DNA of 64,000 nt, from the NCBI GenBank assembly GCA_951406725.2, contig OX597832.1:58714001-58778000 (forward strand), written 5' to 3'. How positions within the stretch are numbered: position 1 is the stretch's first letter; every line of letters starts with the position of its first letter. This document shows positions 39,575 through 54,541 of the stretch, one piece after another. This DNA comes from Octopus vulgaris (taxonomy: Eukaryota). The position numbers were made by a program, and so were the translations under genes. The notes under the pieces are model-generated. The model had not been told where the DNA came from, did no database searches, and was given only the letters and a program-made list of their open reading frames with translations.

Positions 39575-40560
39575 TACCGTACTGCACGCACTCGTTTAGA
39601 GACCAACATGTGGAGTTATGTCGAACTGCTACTGTCACGTGTCAGACATATCCTTCTGTCGGCTGAGTGTGTAGTGATGATCGCCCTGCCGCCCTCCTTC
39701 AATCGGGCAGGTAAGGTAGTTTTCCTTCGCCTGGTGGCTGTGGCGAAACATGTTGTTTAGTGGACAAAGCTGAAAGACATGAGGACGGATACATTCTTAT
39801 TTGGTAGAGCTCTCATTAATTTCTTCAAGTTTCAATTGAAAAGAAAATTAGGGTGGAGTGGAAAGTGCTGCCTTCGAGTGAGTTTATTGAAAGGTGGCTG
39901 GTTAAAATTTGCGAGAATGGCAAGAGTGGATGGTACCTCTCTAAGGGTAGACCTGTGAATCGGAGAGAAGGAATTGGAGAGGGCATTTGCTCCTGGGGTT
40001 TCAGGGAAATCTCGGACAATAGGGTTCCTCGATTATCCCTACAGGCCATACTGTACCAGGAGGGTCACATATCTATCATCCTCTCGCAGTACAGACCTGT
40101 AAATCGGAGAGAAGAAATTGGAGAGGGCACTTGTTCTTGGTGTTTAGGGAAATCTCGGACAGTGTAGTTCCTCAATATTTCCTAGAGGCCCTCATAATAC
40201 AGGAGGGCCACATCTCTTTCATCCTCCTCGCATTTTTAAAAACGTTTGTATTTTATGTATATGTCCCTTCTTTTTTATCATTTCATTATATTTATATATT
40301 TATAACTGTCTTTGCATTGTCGTCCTCAACCATCACTCTTGCGCCAAATAAACGAAATCATCATCATCATCATTATCATCATCATCATCATCATCATCAT
40401 CATCTTTCGTGCACATCCGTTACGGAATTCAACTTAGTCAAATATTGTGACAGCCAACTGTCTAGTTATTTAATTTTTTCTCTCTTTAGCCCTCATATCC
40501 AGCCCGCCGTCATGCTGTTTTTTGGCACTGACAATTGCTTTCAAATTTGTTTCTTTGTCA
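39575..40560 (+). mobile_element. Tx1/L1-like LINE 3' fragment (old copy) with 3' UTR
   Basis: TVLHALV...MWSYVELLLSRVRHILLSAECVVMIALPPSFNRAGKVVFLRLVAVAK aligns with ORF 60098-60418. Followed by (TCTG)/(TCTA)n. Confidence 0.8.
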
Positions 40561-40562
40561 GC

Positions 40563-40659
<97 letters not shown>

Positions 40660-40779
40660 AATATGCGTGTATGTATACATACACACATATATACATTTAT
40701 ATACATACATGCATACATAGACATACATATACATCTATCTATCTTTCTATCTGTTTATCTATCTGTCTACTTACATACA

Positions 40780-40850
<71 letters not shown>

Positions 40851-40894
40851 ATCTATATATCTGTCTATCTACCAATATTTCTATCTATATATCA

Positions 40895-41060
40895 AATTTT
40901 GGCACAAGGTAAGTAGGGGAATGGGGCTAAGCCGACATCATCGACTCCAGAGCTCAACTGGTACTTACTCTATCGATCCCGAAGAGACGAAATGCAAGAT
41001 CGTCCTCGACGTCATTTGAACTCAGAACGCTAACACGGACGAAATGCCGCTAAGCATTTT
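40895..41060 (-). mobile_element. Degraded SINE family B
   Basis: caactggtacttactctatcgatcccgaagag...tttgaactcagaacg...gctaagcattt. Confidence 0.7.
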
Positions 41061-41099
41061 CCTGTTCCTGTTGTTGATATCGTCATTACTGATTTAGTT

Positions 41100-42470
41100 G
41101 CTGTGGCTTTTGGGGACTTGTTATCGGCAGTAAGATGGTTCTATGTTTCAATGTCTTCTTTTGGAGGCAGAAATTTCTCAAGTGACGGGCCTTCATACAC
41201 AGGTGGAATTGTGGGTTTGTACCGTCAATCGTAGCATGCAGTTCCCCTCGCTTCCGAAATGCGAATGAGGTCTAGGATCATGGAGGTCATATCTGGTTTA
41301 AAGTGGAGAAGCACCTCCACACTGATCCCAGTCTAATGTTACGATAGGTCCGCTTCACCTCCTGGAGGATGTTACTCCCTTCCAAAACGATACACTCTAA
41401 AATCCACCATAAATTTAACTGTGATGAAATTTCTGAGATCTTATCCTCATTCTCTTCTTTTCTAAATACGATGTGCGGAGCATATACTTTTCGCTGCAAC
41501 AAGGAACCACGATGTGTTTGACAGCCATATTTTCAGTAATGGAGAACACGAAATGCTTGCAAACTGACTTGTTTTGCGATATGCTGAACGTCGGGCATTA
41601 TTTCTTCGTGTTTATAGTTACACATTTACATATTACAGTTCTTTAATGTGCTTCTGCCAACACCCCATCGGAGATGGCAATGTCCGTGCTTTCTTCAGCC
41701 CAATTAGTTTGTCCACTTAGGCTAGACATATATCTATCTGTAGGAAATTCATCCTGTATACCTCTGTGCCTTTCGCAGGCGTTGCTGAGACTGTATTGTA
41801 GTTGTTATTGTTGTTGATGTCGTTCTTATTCACACTGGAAATATTGTTGCCTTTTAAATTGCCGAGACTACTGTTGTTTTTGTTGTTTTTTTCTCTCATA
41901 ATTTTTGTTGTTACAATGATGATAGTGGTGTGTATGTTAAGGGTAGGGGGAAGAGTAGATATTGACCGTGCTCTGTTCTTGATTGATGTCTTTGGTATTG
42001 TCTTATCTATTCAGGGAAAATCAGCTTAATAATTGGAATGAAATTTCTTCGCTACGTCTTCGTCATTGCTGCTGCTGCTGTTTTTTTTTATCATAGTTAG
42101 TGCGTTCCACGGTACTTTGAACTTTGTGAGCACTTGCCTCCCTTTCTATTTGAGGTAGAAGGCGCAGGGCTCTACCGCGTCTTGCAAGTGACTATCACCA
42201 CTGCCTCTTACTTCCTCCTCCTTGTCACTTAGGAGAACGGATGTCGCCATGTTTGTTTTCAAAATTATATTTTTTTTCAAATCAAAATGAAAATATTCAT
42301 TTCGGATTTGAGTTCCAAAAAAGGGGTACAAATAAACACACCGACCACACCTATGCAACGGCAGTGGCTTCGGCAAACGTTTTGTAACAAAACAACCAAT
42401 AAACAACTTTTGGAGACACAAATTAAAACGAAAAAAAGATTTACGAGCAGCAATACACACGTGCTTCCAG
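41100..42470 (-). mobile_element. Decayed L1/Tx1-type ORF1 (gag-like) and 5' region
   Basis: Minus strand RGELHATIDGTNPQFHLCMKARHLRNFCLQK is a degenerate CCHC zinc knuckle in typical ORF1 context. The upstream frame starts MATSVLLSDKEEEV; many stops. Confidence 0.55.
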
Positions 42471-42473
42471 TAC

Positions 42474-43047
<574 letters not shown>

Positions 43048-43451
43048 CTCCTTGTAGATATGTTAATATTTTCTTGTTTTTATATTATAATTATTGATCC
43101 ATCAAGCACAAGAGCTCTCAACGTTTGACGCCTACTATGTGAAATTGCTTCGATGCGTAACAAAGATACGCTTCAAAGATCATCTCTTATTATCGATCAG
43201 TTTTGGGTGTAAGAGATGTCTTACTCTAGAGATAGCAAAATGGTAATTGGTTGTGATCGATATAGATGCTCTTAGAAAATGTGCGCTTGATATGGTACGC
43301 AATCAGGCGGTTGAGTCTATTGTGTGAGGACTATGCTGAGCGAATTCAAGTGTAGTGTATTCTTTATATGAATATCTATTTACCAACTAAGGCTAGATTC
43401 TTTCCGCGCTTTTCGACTTCATATTTTCGATTAAAAGTATTTAAACGCACG

Positions 43452-43601
<150 letters not shown>

Positions 43602-43610
43602 TTATGTATG

Positions 43611-43643
<33 letters not shown>

Positions 43644-43731
43644 TGATACATACATACATATATATATGTATGTATGTATAAATATATATATACATATACA
43701 AGTATATATAAATTTGCATATGTATTTGTAT

Positions 43732-44137
43732 AGGCGTAGGAGTGGCTGCGTGGTAAGTAGCTTGCTTACCAACCACATGATTCCGGGTTCAGACCCACGC
43801 ATGGCACCTTGGGTAAGTGCTTTCTATTATAGTCTCGGGCCGACCAAAGCCGTGTGAGTGAATTTGGTAGACGGAAACTGAAAGAAGCCCGTCGTACATA
43901 TGTATATATATTTGTGTGTTTGTGTTTTTGTGTCTGTGTTTGTCCCCCCCCAACATCGCTTGACAACCGATGCTGGTGTGTTTACGTCCCCGTCACTTAG
44001 CGGTTCGGCAAAAGAGACCGATAGAATAAGTACTAGGCTTACAAAGAATAAGTCCTGGGGTCGACTAAGGGCGGTGCTCTAGCATGGCCACAGTCAAATG
44101 ACTGAAAGAAGTATAGGAGTAAAAGAGTAAAGAGTAT
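43732..44137 (+). mobile_element. SINE family A, full length
   Basis: aggcgtaggagtggctgcgtggtaagtagc ... gagtaaaagagtaaagagta. Confidence 0.92.
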
Positions 44138-44740
44138 CATATACATAAATACGTATATATGCATATACATGTTTATATGTACACCTATGTATGTATGTAT
44201 TTATGTATGTATGTATGTATGTATGTATGTATGTATGTATGTATTAGGAGCCGAGGCTTAATGTTGTGCTCACGATCGGTAGATCGTGGGTTCATTTCTC
44301 GGATCGGGTGTTTCACTTTGCTCTGTGATCATTTCGACATCCGACGTGTGACACACATCTGCAACTGTACAGGCAATGTCGATTTGAAGTGAGTTAATAT
44401 ACAGCATATATACTTGGTCACTATAAACAAAACATTGGTAGAGTTCGTTTAGCAAAAACTGAACACGTATTCGTCGTCTCCGATGGGAGATTCCATAATA
44501 TATATGTATATATAAGTACACACACGCATACACAAACACACGCAAACACATACACACAATACTGTACTGTATATTTTAAAAAACTATTTTTATAATTTGT
44601 ATATATTTATTTTATTAGAAATGCAAAACAACAGCACGGAGGAATCGACGTAAGCCTAAATAATAAACTGCGATAGGTCAACCACGATATGTGAATCGCG
44701 ATATGGTGAGGATTACTGTATATATATACATACATATATA

Positions 44741-45300
44741 CCGGTCACTCCTTGCAACACGTGTCTGTGTTCGGTTTGTCCTTGCACAGAGGCCATCCCG
44801 ATTCCCGTTTGCGCCGTGAACAGGAATTAATCTTCCCTCTTCGCTCTTTTACGCCATTTGGTCTCAACTATCTCCCTCCTCATCTAACCTCCCCCCCGAC
44901 CCCTACTTCTCTTCAGTCCTTCATCCTTTCACCCCTACTCCCTTTCCCTCCTCTTCCCTTCTTCCCTCTTTCTTCTTCCCTCTTCCCCTTCCCTCTTTCT
45001 CTCTGCTCCCTCACTCCCCTTCTCTCTCCTTCTCCTCCTCTCCCTCTATCCTCCCTCCTCCTCTCCCCTCCTCTTCTCCTCTCATTCCATCTCCCCCTCC
45101 CCTCCTCCTCCCCTCATCTTCTCCTCTTTCCTTCTCCCCCTCCCTATCCCCCCTCATCTCCTCTCTCTACACTACACCATACGACTTTACACATCACATC
45201 ATATATACATACACACGTCCAGACCTCTCATACGCACTACATACTCTCTCATACACACACACACTCTTATGTTGGGGCAAGGTCATTTAACCCTGTTATC
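44741..45300 (+). mobile_element. Penelope-like (Neptune-type) GIY-YIG C-terminus and pyrimidine-rich 3' UTR
   Basis: GHSLQHVSVFGLSLHRGHPDSRLRREQELIFPLRSFTPFGLN matches the PLE endonuclease end (GHS...RxxREQxLIFxLxTxxPxGLN). Starts right after a TA run. Confidence 0.75.
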
Positions 45301-45316
45301 TCCCCTAATTTCGCTG

Positions 45317-45519
45317 TGTCCCCCCCCCAACATCGCTTGACAACCGATGCTGGTGAGTTTATGTCCCCGTAACTTAGTAGTTCGGCAAAAGAGACCGATA
45401 GAATAAGTACTGGGCTTAGAAAGAATAAGTCCTGGGGTCGATTTGCTCGACTAAAGTCGGTGCTCCAGCATGGCCACAGTCTGAAACAAATAAAAGAGTA
45501 AAAGAGTATAAAAGAGTAA
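45317..45519 (+). mobile_element. SINE family A 3' half
   Basis: tgtccccccccaacatcgcttgacaaccgatgctgg...aaaagagtaaaagagta. Confidence 0.85.
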
Positions 45520-45791
45520 ATGTAGCGTAGTTTATGTCACTGATAGTTCAGAGTTTACTAAGATTCGTTGAGTAAGAAATAACGCATCCTAAAACGATCA
45601 ACGGGAAGCATTTTAAAATCGCCGATAACAAGCTGTTGGATATTTGTAACGATTAAAGGTCAGCACTCTGACCTTATCATTCTTTCGATTGAATTGCTAT
45701 ACTTTTTAACCTTTATTTCAGTTGATACTACGCTCTACATTAGAGAACCTCGACTCGATGCACTGCACGTTAGAATAAATCGTTTTACTTA

Positions 45792-46064
45792 CCGTATTTG
45801 ATGGCCTAGGCTATACTTTTGTAAAATAAATTACCACTAAAATAATGTTTTTAATTTCTTCACTTACCTGTATGATTTTATGTTATTATCGGTAATTACA
45901 AGCAAAATTTATTGCATCCACATTCGATATAAACTTACCGTAGGCGATTATACCCCAATAGATGGCAGGACACGTTTTGTAAACATACGTACCGTTTTGA
46001 GCAAGTTTTGATCCTACATTGAATGCATTGAACGCAGGGGCGTCTTATAGGACATCAAATACAG
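45792..46064. mobile_element. Tc1/mariner-superfamily (Tc2/pogo-like) MITE
   Basis: TIRs ccgtatttgatggccta / taggacatcaaatacag (15 of 17 match), TA on both sides. Confidence 0.7.
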
Positions 46065-46392
46065 TATACGTATCTCCGTTTGTATCTCCGCCAGGGAGAT
46101 ACAAAGCATTAGTTTTGATACATAAACTAATGCCATTTGCCCCTCTCTGAATTTAATAGTTCAATAAATAAAGGAAGGGCATTTTTAATTCCAATTTACC
46201 CCCTTAAATAAATATGTTAACGATTCTTTTCTACTCAGTAGTAAGAAAATTGCGTCCTAGTCACATGGTTTCACATTTAATCCCACTCCTTGCCATATTA
46301 GGCAAGTTGTCTTTTAGCTATAACCTTGGGTCTACGAAAGCCTTGTGAGTGGATTCGGTGGAAGAATATAAAAGAAACCCGAGGTATATATA

Positions 46393-46980
46393 CGAGATGT
46401 TATCAATAAGTATCCGGACTGTTGCCTCAGTAGCGAAGCTAAGGCGCTCAGAGTGAAGCCGCTTGGCAAAGATTGACATTAAGCTTTGTTGTTCTAGCTC
46501 ATATCGCTGTTTCAGCAGTGCTTGGAAGTAAGGTGTGTAGCGTGTGATCGTCGCATTGACAATGACAGAGAATGTTGCCATGAAGATACCTGCTCAGAGG
46601 CCTACACAAAGTTGGAGAAAGTGCATGGGAAGGAGTGTGTGAGCCACACACAAGTGTGCGAATGGTTCAGACGTTTTCAAGAAGGCTGAAAAGATATCGA
46701 TATTTACGAACGTTCTGGGCGACTTGCAACCTGCAGAACTGAGAAAAACATCGCAGATGTGCGTGCAGCAGGGACGCGTAATCGTCGAATCACCATCCAT
46801 GAGTTATCAGAGGATTAGTTACGTTTCAGTTCAGTCCATTATCACGGAAGATTTCGATATATGAGACGCGTGTCTGCCAAATTTGAGCCAAAACTGCTTT
46901 CAGCTAACCAAAGTGACACTCGGGATTTAGTTGCACAAAATCGTTTTGATTGTGTCGAGAACGGTGAAAACTTAATGAAA
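46393..46980 (+). mobile_element. Mariner transposon 5' half (decayed)
   Basis: Starts ta|cgag. Encodes EDTCSEAYTKLEKVHGKECVSHTQVCEWFRRFQEG...ERSGRLAT...NRRITIHELSE...MRRVSAKFEPKLL (HTH domains and WVP-like motif). Confidence 0.85.
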
Positions 46981-47246
46981 ATATGTGTGTATGTGTGTGT
47001 GTGTGTATATATATATTATTTCTTTTATTCTATCACTTGTTTCAGTCTCTGGACTTGCTTTTTATAAAGCCTAGTACTTATTCTATCGGACTCTTTTGTT
47101 GAACCGTTAAGTCACGGGAATGACAACGCACCTACACCGGTTTGAAGTGGTATGGGGGACAAACATGGACACAAAGAGAACACATATATATACATAGATA
47201 CATACACACATACATACATACATACATACATACATACATACATACA

Positions 47247-47280
<34 letters not shown>

Positions 47281-47287
47281 CATATGC

Positions 47288-47481
47288 GACCGCGTGTGTA
47301 TCGTTGGCAATTGTTTTCCTGCGTCTTCCTTGGATCTTTCCTTCTCCTATGTTTCTGACGAAGAGCTTCGCTCGAAACGTTAAATCCTTCTTCTTTCTTT
47401 CCTTTCCTGAGCGTCCAATAACGCTATACTTGTTCCATATCCTCGCTTTGTTGTATTTTCTCTTTGTGTTGTAATGTTTCG

Positions 47482-47484
<3 letters not shown>
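47288..47484 (+). mobile_element. Short hammerhead-bearing TA-associated element (family H1), copy 3
   Basis: Shares the hammerhead and downstream ttcctgagcg...aata with copies 1 and 2; ends in (TA)n. Confidence 0.7.
47351..47385 (+). ncRNA. Minimal type I hammerhead ribozyme motif with canonical core
   Basis: GTTT CTGACGA A GAGC TTC GCTC GAAAC GTT AAAT. CUGACGA/GAAA intact, perfect stem II, ACGT palindromic stem III, GUU site. Confidence 0.7.
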
Positions 47485-47541
<57 letters not shown>

Positions 47542-47813
47542 TACGACGGGATTCTTTCTCTTTACAACTAATAAATCTACTCACCCGGCATTGGTCACCC
47601 CGAGACTAAATGAGAAGAAACATGATGAAGGTGCCACGCAGTGGGACTGAACCCGGAATCAAGAATCAAGTGTTTAGGAAGCTATCTATCGCGAAGATGG
47701 TAGATAACTAGATAGATAGCTAGCTATGTATATATCTGCGTATATGTATGTATGCATGCATGTATATATGCATGTATACACATATACATATATATACATA
47801 TATATATACGTGC

Positions 47814-47848
<35 letters not shown>

Positions 47849-48171
47849 CATATATATATATATGCATATATCTATATGTGCATACATCTATGTAGGCATG
47901 ATTTTGTGTTTGTGGTTGTTCCCTACAAACCATTGTTGGCTTAGTTAAGTCCCCCTATTTTAGCGATTGGGCCAAAAGGACCGAGAGAAGAAATAATAGG
48001 CTTTATATAATAAAGTGCTGCGATCCATTTGTTCAACCGATCCCTTCGAGGCGGTGCTCCAGCATGGCCGCAGTTGAATGACTGAAACAAGTTAAAAGTA
48101 GAAGGCAATAGAGGCAACATAATGCTACTCACCGCACGACCACCAATATATGAAAGATGTTTCGTAACAGA

Positions 48172-48490
48172 CTGGTAATCCGTCGGTTGCGACGATGACG
48201 ATTGCATTTGATCCAATCACTGAAAAACTCTACTCATGAAATTAACGTATAAGTGCCTGAGCACTCCACAGACACCTGTACCCTTAACGTAATTCCCGGG
48301 GTAGATTCAGTGTGACAGATAATGTGTCAAGGCAGGCCCTTTCAATTAAAGGTACAACTCTTTTCTACCTAATGAGTAGACTGGATCGATGTGAATAAAG
48401 TTTCACGCTCAAGGACACAACGTATCGCCCGGTATCGAACTCACGCCCTTATGACTGCAAGCCGATTATCTTAACCATTAAGTCTTCACT
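48172..48490 (-). mobile_element. tRNA-derived SINE (family C/D)
   Basis: Homologous to 11548-11855 (gagcactccacagacac...gattcag.gtgaca). Confidence 0.7.
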
Positions 48491-48502
48491 CATAATTGAC
48501 TG

Positions 48503-48664
48503 TAGCTGTGTGGTAAATAACTTGCTTACTAACCACATGGTTCCGGGTTCAGTCCCACTGCGTGACGATATGGGCAAGTATCTTCTACTATAGCTTCGAG
48601 CCGACCAAAGCCTTGTAAGTGGATTTGGTAGACGGAAACTGAAAAGAAGCCCGTCGTATATATG

Positions 48665-48697
<33 letters not shown>

Positions 48698-48898
48698 CTG
48701 TGTTTGTCCCCCCAGCATCGCTTGACAACCGTTCTATCCATCTACCTATCTGTCTATCTATCTATCTATCATATGACCGATAGAATACGTACTAGGCTTA
48801 CAAAGAATAAGTCCTGAGGTCGATTTGCTCGAGTAAAGGCGGTGCTCCAGCATGGCCGCAGTCAAATGACTGCAAGAAGTAAAAGAGTAAAAGAGTAA
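48503..48898 (+). mobile_element. SINE family A
   Basis: Near-consensus, with an internal segment replaced by (ATCT)n. Confidence 0.88.
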
Positions 48899-49745
48899 GT
48901 GTGAAACAAAAGACTAAGATTTTTGTCATCATACGATAGGGAAAAATCAAAGTTTTGTCGACACGTTATGTTTATATTACACAAAATATTAACGCAGATA
49001 TAAATAAGATATTCTCTTTCTCTTGAATAATGATCAATAAATTGAATTGAATATTCACAATCTAATTGCAATTATATTGCCTCATCTCGCTTCTCATCCA
49101 CCGAAAGTAAACCTTATCACCAAACATCAAATGACGTTTCAATTCAGTGGTTTTCTATACCTTTACCCTTTATCGCGCTATTGAATATATAAGACTAATG
49201 TACCCTGGGTGAGTTAAAGTTCGATCCATTAGCTTCAATTTGAGATCCATTAAATTAATTTTCCATATCCTTATCAAATATGTTTTACACGTAGTTTAAA
49301 AAAATCTTTACAGCGTTCCGATTTTTCTTTAAAGTTCTCAACTTAATTTACGTTTTCTTCTCATTAACGTCGAAAAATATTCTGACAGGGCCGTGTGATT
49401 AAGACGGTTGCATTGGAACCACGTAGTTCCAAAATTTGTTTTACTGCATAGCACCACGACTAAGTGATTTTTACCATATCCGCGTGATGTCCAAATTCTT
49501 CTAAGAGAAGTCTGGTAGAAGGAGACTGTGTGGAAAAACCCCCCAGCTATATGTATGTATGTATGTATATAAGTATGTATGTATGTATGTATGTATGTAT
49601 GTATGTATGTATGTATGTATGTATGTATGTATGTATGTATCTATCTATCTGTTTATCTATTTCCCTTTCTCTCTCTCCCTCTTCTCTCACTCTATATGTG
49701 TGCATAAATAGATAGAAAGAAAGGCAGATAAATAGATAGTTGAGA

Positions 49746-49793
<48 letters not shown>

Positions 49794-50486
49794 GCGTGTG
49801 TGTGTGTCTGTGCACACATGTATGCATATATATATATGTATATGCAAGTATGTATGTATGAGTATATACATATATATGTGTGTGTGCGTGTGAGGGCGGA
49901 AAGACTACTGCCTAGGGTCTTGTACTCCTGATCCTGAACTCGTGGATTCAGTTCCTGGACCTGACGGTGCATTGTGGTCCTGTGCAAAGCCCTTCATCTC
50001 ACTTTGCTCTGAGATCACATCGACATTTGGCCAATGGTAAATCTTGTACAGCACATAACTTTGTTCACAATAAATAATTCACTTGTGGAGGTCGTTCAGC
50101 AAAGGCTGAACATTCACACATCGGCCTCCACCCAAGATTTCATCACATGTATAATTTCGACTACGTAATGCAATCGAAAGGCACACGCGTTCTTTAAACA
50201 GGTATCGTCTCTAATCTTGTTTCTTTTCTTGCTTATTTCCTTTTTCTTCTACGGTTTTGATCAAGGTTTCACTTGACATGTTTGTCCAATTTGTTTTCTC
50301 TACCTCATCTTTTTTGAGCGTACAGTTAACTGGGAATAAAGGTTTGTATAATCTTTTTTTGTTTGTTTATATTATGGGCATCACCTTTTGGAAATTGTAT
50401 CTACTTATTGTAACTCCTCACGTTGTCCAGCTGTCCGACTCTCCATGTCCCCGCTCATTTTGTGCTATTTTATCTTTGTCCGGACA

Positions 50487-50938
<452 letters not shown>

Positions 50939-51294
50939 CTATGAAACTTACCGATTCAAACATACGTGAAGGCCTTGTAGATATTATTATCAGCTCTACC
51001 AGGAAAATGAACATCTTCTAATCGTTTTATCGCTGTTATCCCTGTTATTACAATATGCCTCTAAGAAAATTGGAGAAAATTTGCACATACAAAAATGGGA
51101 TGGCGATGATATCTAGAATAAGGAATTCAAAACAAGCACCATAAAAGTACGTGCCGTGTAAATGATGAACAGAGATGACGGGAAACACGCCAGGGATTGT
51201 TGAATGCACAAAAACCACAGCACTTTTATTCCCTGCATTCTTGCAACTCAGAAACGTCCATAAAAGAGATGAGACCACTTGTTAAAAAGCAGGA

Positions 51295-52010
51295 AAGGTG
51301 TGGTGCAGTGATATTAGAATGGAATTTGGTGTAACAAAATGTGAGATTCTAATCATGGAGAGAGGATAAAGAGTTCATGTTAATGGGATGCTTTTACAGG
51401 AAGGAAAGACTTCAGAGCCTGATAACGATGGATAAATGTATCTAGGCTTGTTGGAAATCGATGACATCGTGCATAAGGGGGATGATATAAAGTGAAATCA
51501 ATATATTTGAAACGATTTAAAGCTCGTATGGAAATCCAAGTTTAATTCAAGGAATTTGTTGAATGTGATCATCTCGTGGTCTTTTGCAGCATACGATTCA
51601 TTGCTGGAATGGTGAACTGAACGAAAGAATGAAACGACGCATTTATCGGAGAAACGAGAAAAATTCTTACTACGCATGGCGTACTTCGTTCGAAGGTAAA
51701 CATCATCTGTTTATGGATGAACTGGAAAGGTGGAAATTGAGAGCTTCACTAGCGTTTCTAACGAGTGGATCAAGAGCGACTGTCTGTAAGTTACCGCCGT
51801 GTAATGAGTGAAGAACAACTTATTCAGGGTGTAATAGAAGTAGTGTTTTGTATTTATGCATTGAATTTAATTGGTATAAAGTATACCCGAACAGGATAAT
51901 TTGAGAAAAAAATGAGGCATTAGAAGAAATACGGTTATATGTAGAGTTACAGTCTACAGTTACATGTAGACTTGGAAAAATGCTTCATAGTGCTTTCACA
52001 AGGACAATTC
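51295..52010 (+). mobile_element. Highly decayed R4/Dong-like LINE RT fragment
   Basis: VWCSDIRMEFGVTKCEILIMERG...G*MYLGLLEIDDIVHK resembles the R4/Dong DIGMEFGxxKCA...YKYLGILE region. Confidence 0.7.
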
Positions 52011-52959
52011 TACGTCCGGAGTTGTTGATGGTATTGATGGTGGTGGTGGTGGTGGTGACACATTTGGTAATAGTGACATTGGTGATGCTGGTTGTCTGCG
52101 TCTAAGATGCTGTTGGGACACCGTTGTTGGATTCTTTCGTTAGGCGTCAGCCTGCAATCAACAGGTTGAATATCAAGGATCTCTATCCGGGTCTTATCTC
52201 TGCAATGCAATTCTTACTCATTTACAATAAGGTAGTTTCTTCCAATCTCTGTTGTTATCAAACTAATTCGTTCCATGTCTTTTCTTCTGGTAATAGTTGT
52301 ACACTTTGTGTTCTTACTATGTGTCAGGAAGGTTAGAGTCCTGCGTATAACCCCCCCCCCCCCAAAAAAAAAATGTTACAAAACCCTCTGGTTGTCTTTG
52401 AAGAAAATAATTTAATGAGAGTGGTTGTGTCGTATGAATTTGAACAAAGAATGTTTTGGATTAAGCATTCTTGACTTTAATGCTCTAGAAGTGAAAAGTA
52501 CTTATAGTAAAATGACCAATCCAAAACAATGGACTATTCAATGCATATGTTGTAAAACCCAAAATATGTTCTTGTCGGGAGGGTTCCTCCATTGACATTT
52601 ATAAATTACAGCGTTGCTCATAGAGTTTTGCGTAAAATTTTGATCACAAAGTTTCTTATTCCGAGGAGTTCCTCCTTTCAGCAAGATGTGAGCAATAAAA
52701 GGGCATTGGCTCCTTTTATTTAATGGTTGAAAGGAAAGATCTTGTATTTGCTTGATCGTAGTCCTTCATTAGTTTTAAGTTTTATCCAAAATATTCTTAC
52801 AATTTTCTTCCATACATCTGAATTTCAAGTTTCTACTTTGATGGTGTTAGTGATGAAGCTACTCTGGTGATGTCGTCGATAGCGTCGTTCGTAGAGGAAT
52901 TGGTTACGTTAGTGAGGTAGTAATACTAATAATGGTGCTTCTGATTATCGTATTTGTTT

Positions 52960-53850
52960 CAGATATTTAACACAAGGGCTGCAGGTTTTGAGGAATGGAT
53001 AAATCGATTACATCGATCCGCAGTACTCAATTGGTACTTAATTTATCGGCCCCGAAAGAATGAAAAGCAAAATCGATTTCGTCGGCATTTGGATTCAGAA
53101 CGTAAAGATGGATGAAACACCGCTAAGCATAATACCCGGCGTGCTCACGATTCTGCCAGCACGCCGCCTTATTAGCGATAATTCTTTTCACATTTTCACC
53201 AGCAATTTTGAGAAAGAGATAAGACGATTACATCGATCCGCACTGCTCAACTGTACTTAATTTATCGACCCTGAAAGGATGAAAAGCAAAGTGGATCTCG
53301 GCGGAATTTGAACTTAGAATGTAAAGAAGAAAGAAATGCCTCTAGACATTTTGGTTGGCGTTTTAACAAGTCTACCAGCTCGCCAATTTATTAATGTTTA
53401 TAATTATTTCTACTGCAGGCACAAGGCCTGTAAAGTTGGGGGAAGGCATAGTCGATTACATCGATCCCAGTGCATAACTGGTACTTATTTCATCAGCCCC
53501 GAAAAGATGAAAGGCAAGGTCGACATCGGCCGAATTTGAACCCAGAACGTAAAGACAGACGAAATGTGGCTAAGCATTTCGCTCGGCTTGCTAACATCTC
53601 TGTCAGCTCGCCGCCTTGACCGAATGTAATATTCTTTTCTTGTCTAGGTACAAAGCCCGAAATTTTTGGGGAGGTAGCCAGTCGATTAGATCGGCCCAAG
53701 TACGTAACTGGTACTTAATTTATCGCCCCCCCCCCTAGGATAAAAGGCAAAGTCGACCCCGGCAAGATGTGAACTCAGAACGGAAAGACAGACGAAATAT
53801 GGCTAAGCATTTCGCTTGGCGTGCTACCATTTCTGCCAGCTTGCCATTTT
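52960..53850 (-). mobile_element. Tandem array of four SINE family B copies
   Basis: Four successive ggtacttaatttatcg.ccc.gaaag...gaactcagaacg...ctaagcatt units. Confidence 0.88.
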
Positions 53851-53989
53851 ATTAATGATGATAATACTGAGAAAGTGCCATCCGTAATGGCATTAGTGGT
53901 GGTCGTGGTTGGAGTGGTTTTCGTATTGTGAGGTGGGGGTAGTGTTCATACTGGTGTATGTATTAGAAGCGATGATATCGTAATGTGGT

Positions 53990-54503
53990 GATGGTGGTGT
54001 TAGTGGTGAAGGTGGTGGGAAGTCGGGGGGTGGGTGGCGGTGTTGATGGCAGTGGTGAAGGTGGTGTTGATAATGGTGGGGTAGGTGGTTGTAGTGGTTG
54101 TCGTGTTACGGTGGTGGTATTCTGTTGATTGTGTTGCTGTTGCTCTTAGCGATGATCGTTGGTATGTCGTGATATTACATATGGCCATAATGACGTAGTT
54201 TATAGTGATGATGATGATGATGATGATGATTATGATGACGACCACAATGATGATGGTGTTGATGATGATGATGATGATGATGGTGTTGATGATGAGGGTG
54301 GTGATGATGATGATGGTGATGGTGATGGTGATGTTGAAAGTAATAATGATGTTGATGATGGTGATGATGTCGACGGCGACGGTGATGACGATGGTAATGA
54401 TGATGATAATGACGATAATGAAAGCATCTAAGACAACGGTGACAACGACGACAATGACGATGATGATGGTGGTGGTGGTAGTGATGAGGATGATGGTGAT
54501 AAC

Positions 54504-54541
<38 letters not shown>

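Larger units (their letters stand above)
47017..47690 (-). mobile_element. SINE family A interrupted in its internal microsatellite by an H1 element
   Basis: SINE halves at 47017-47180 and 47540-47690. Confidence 0.75.
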
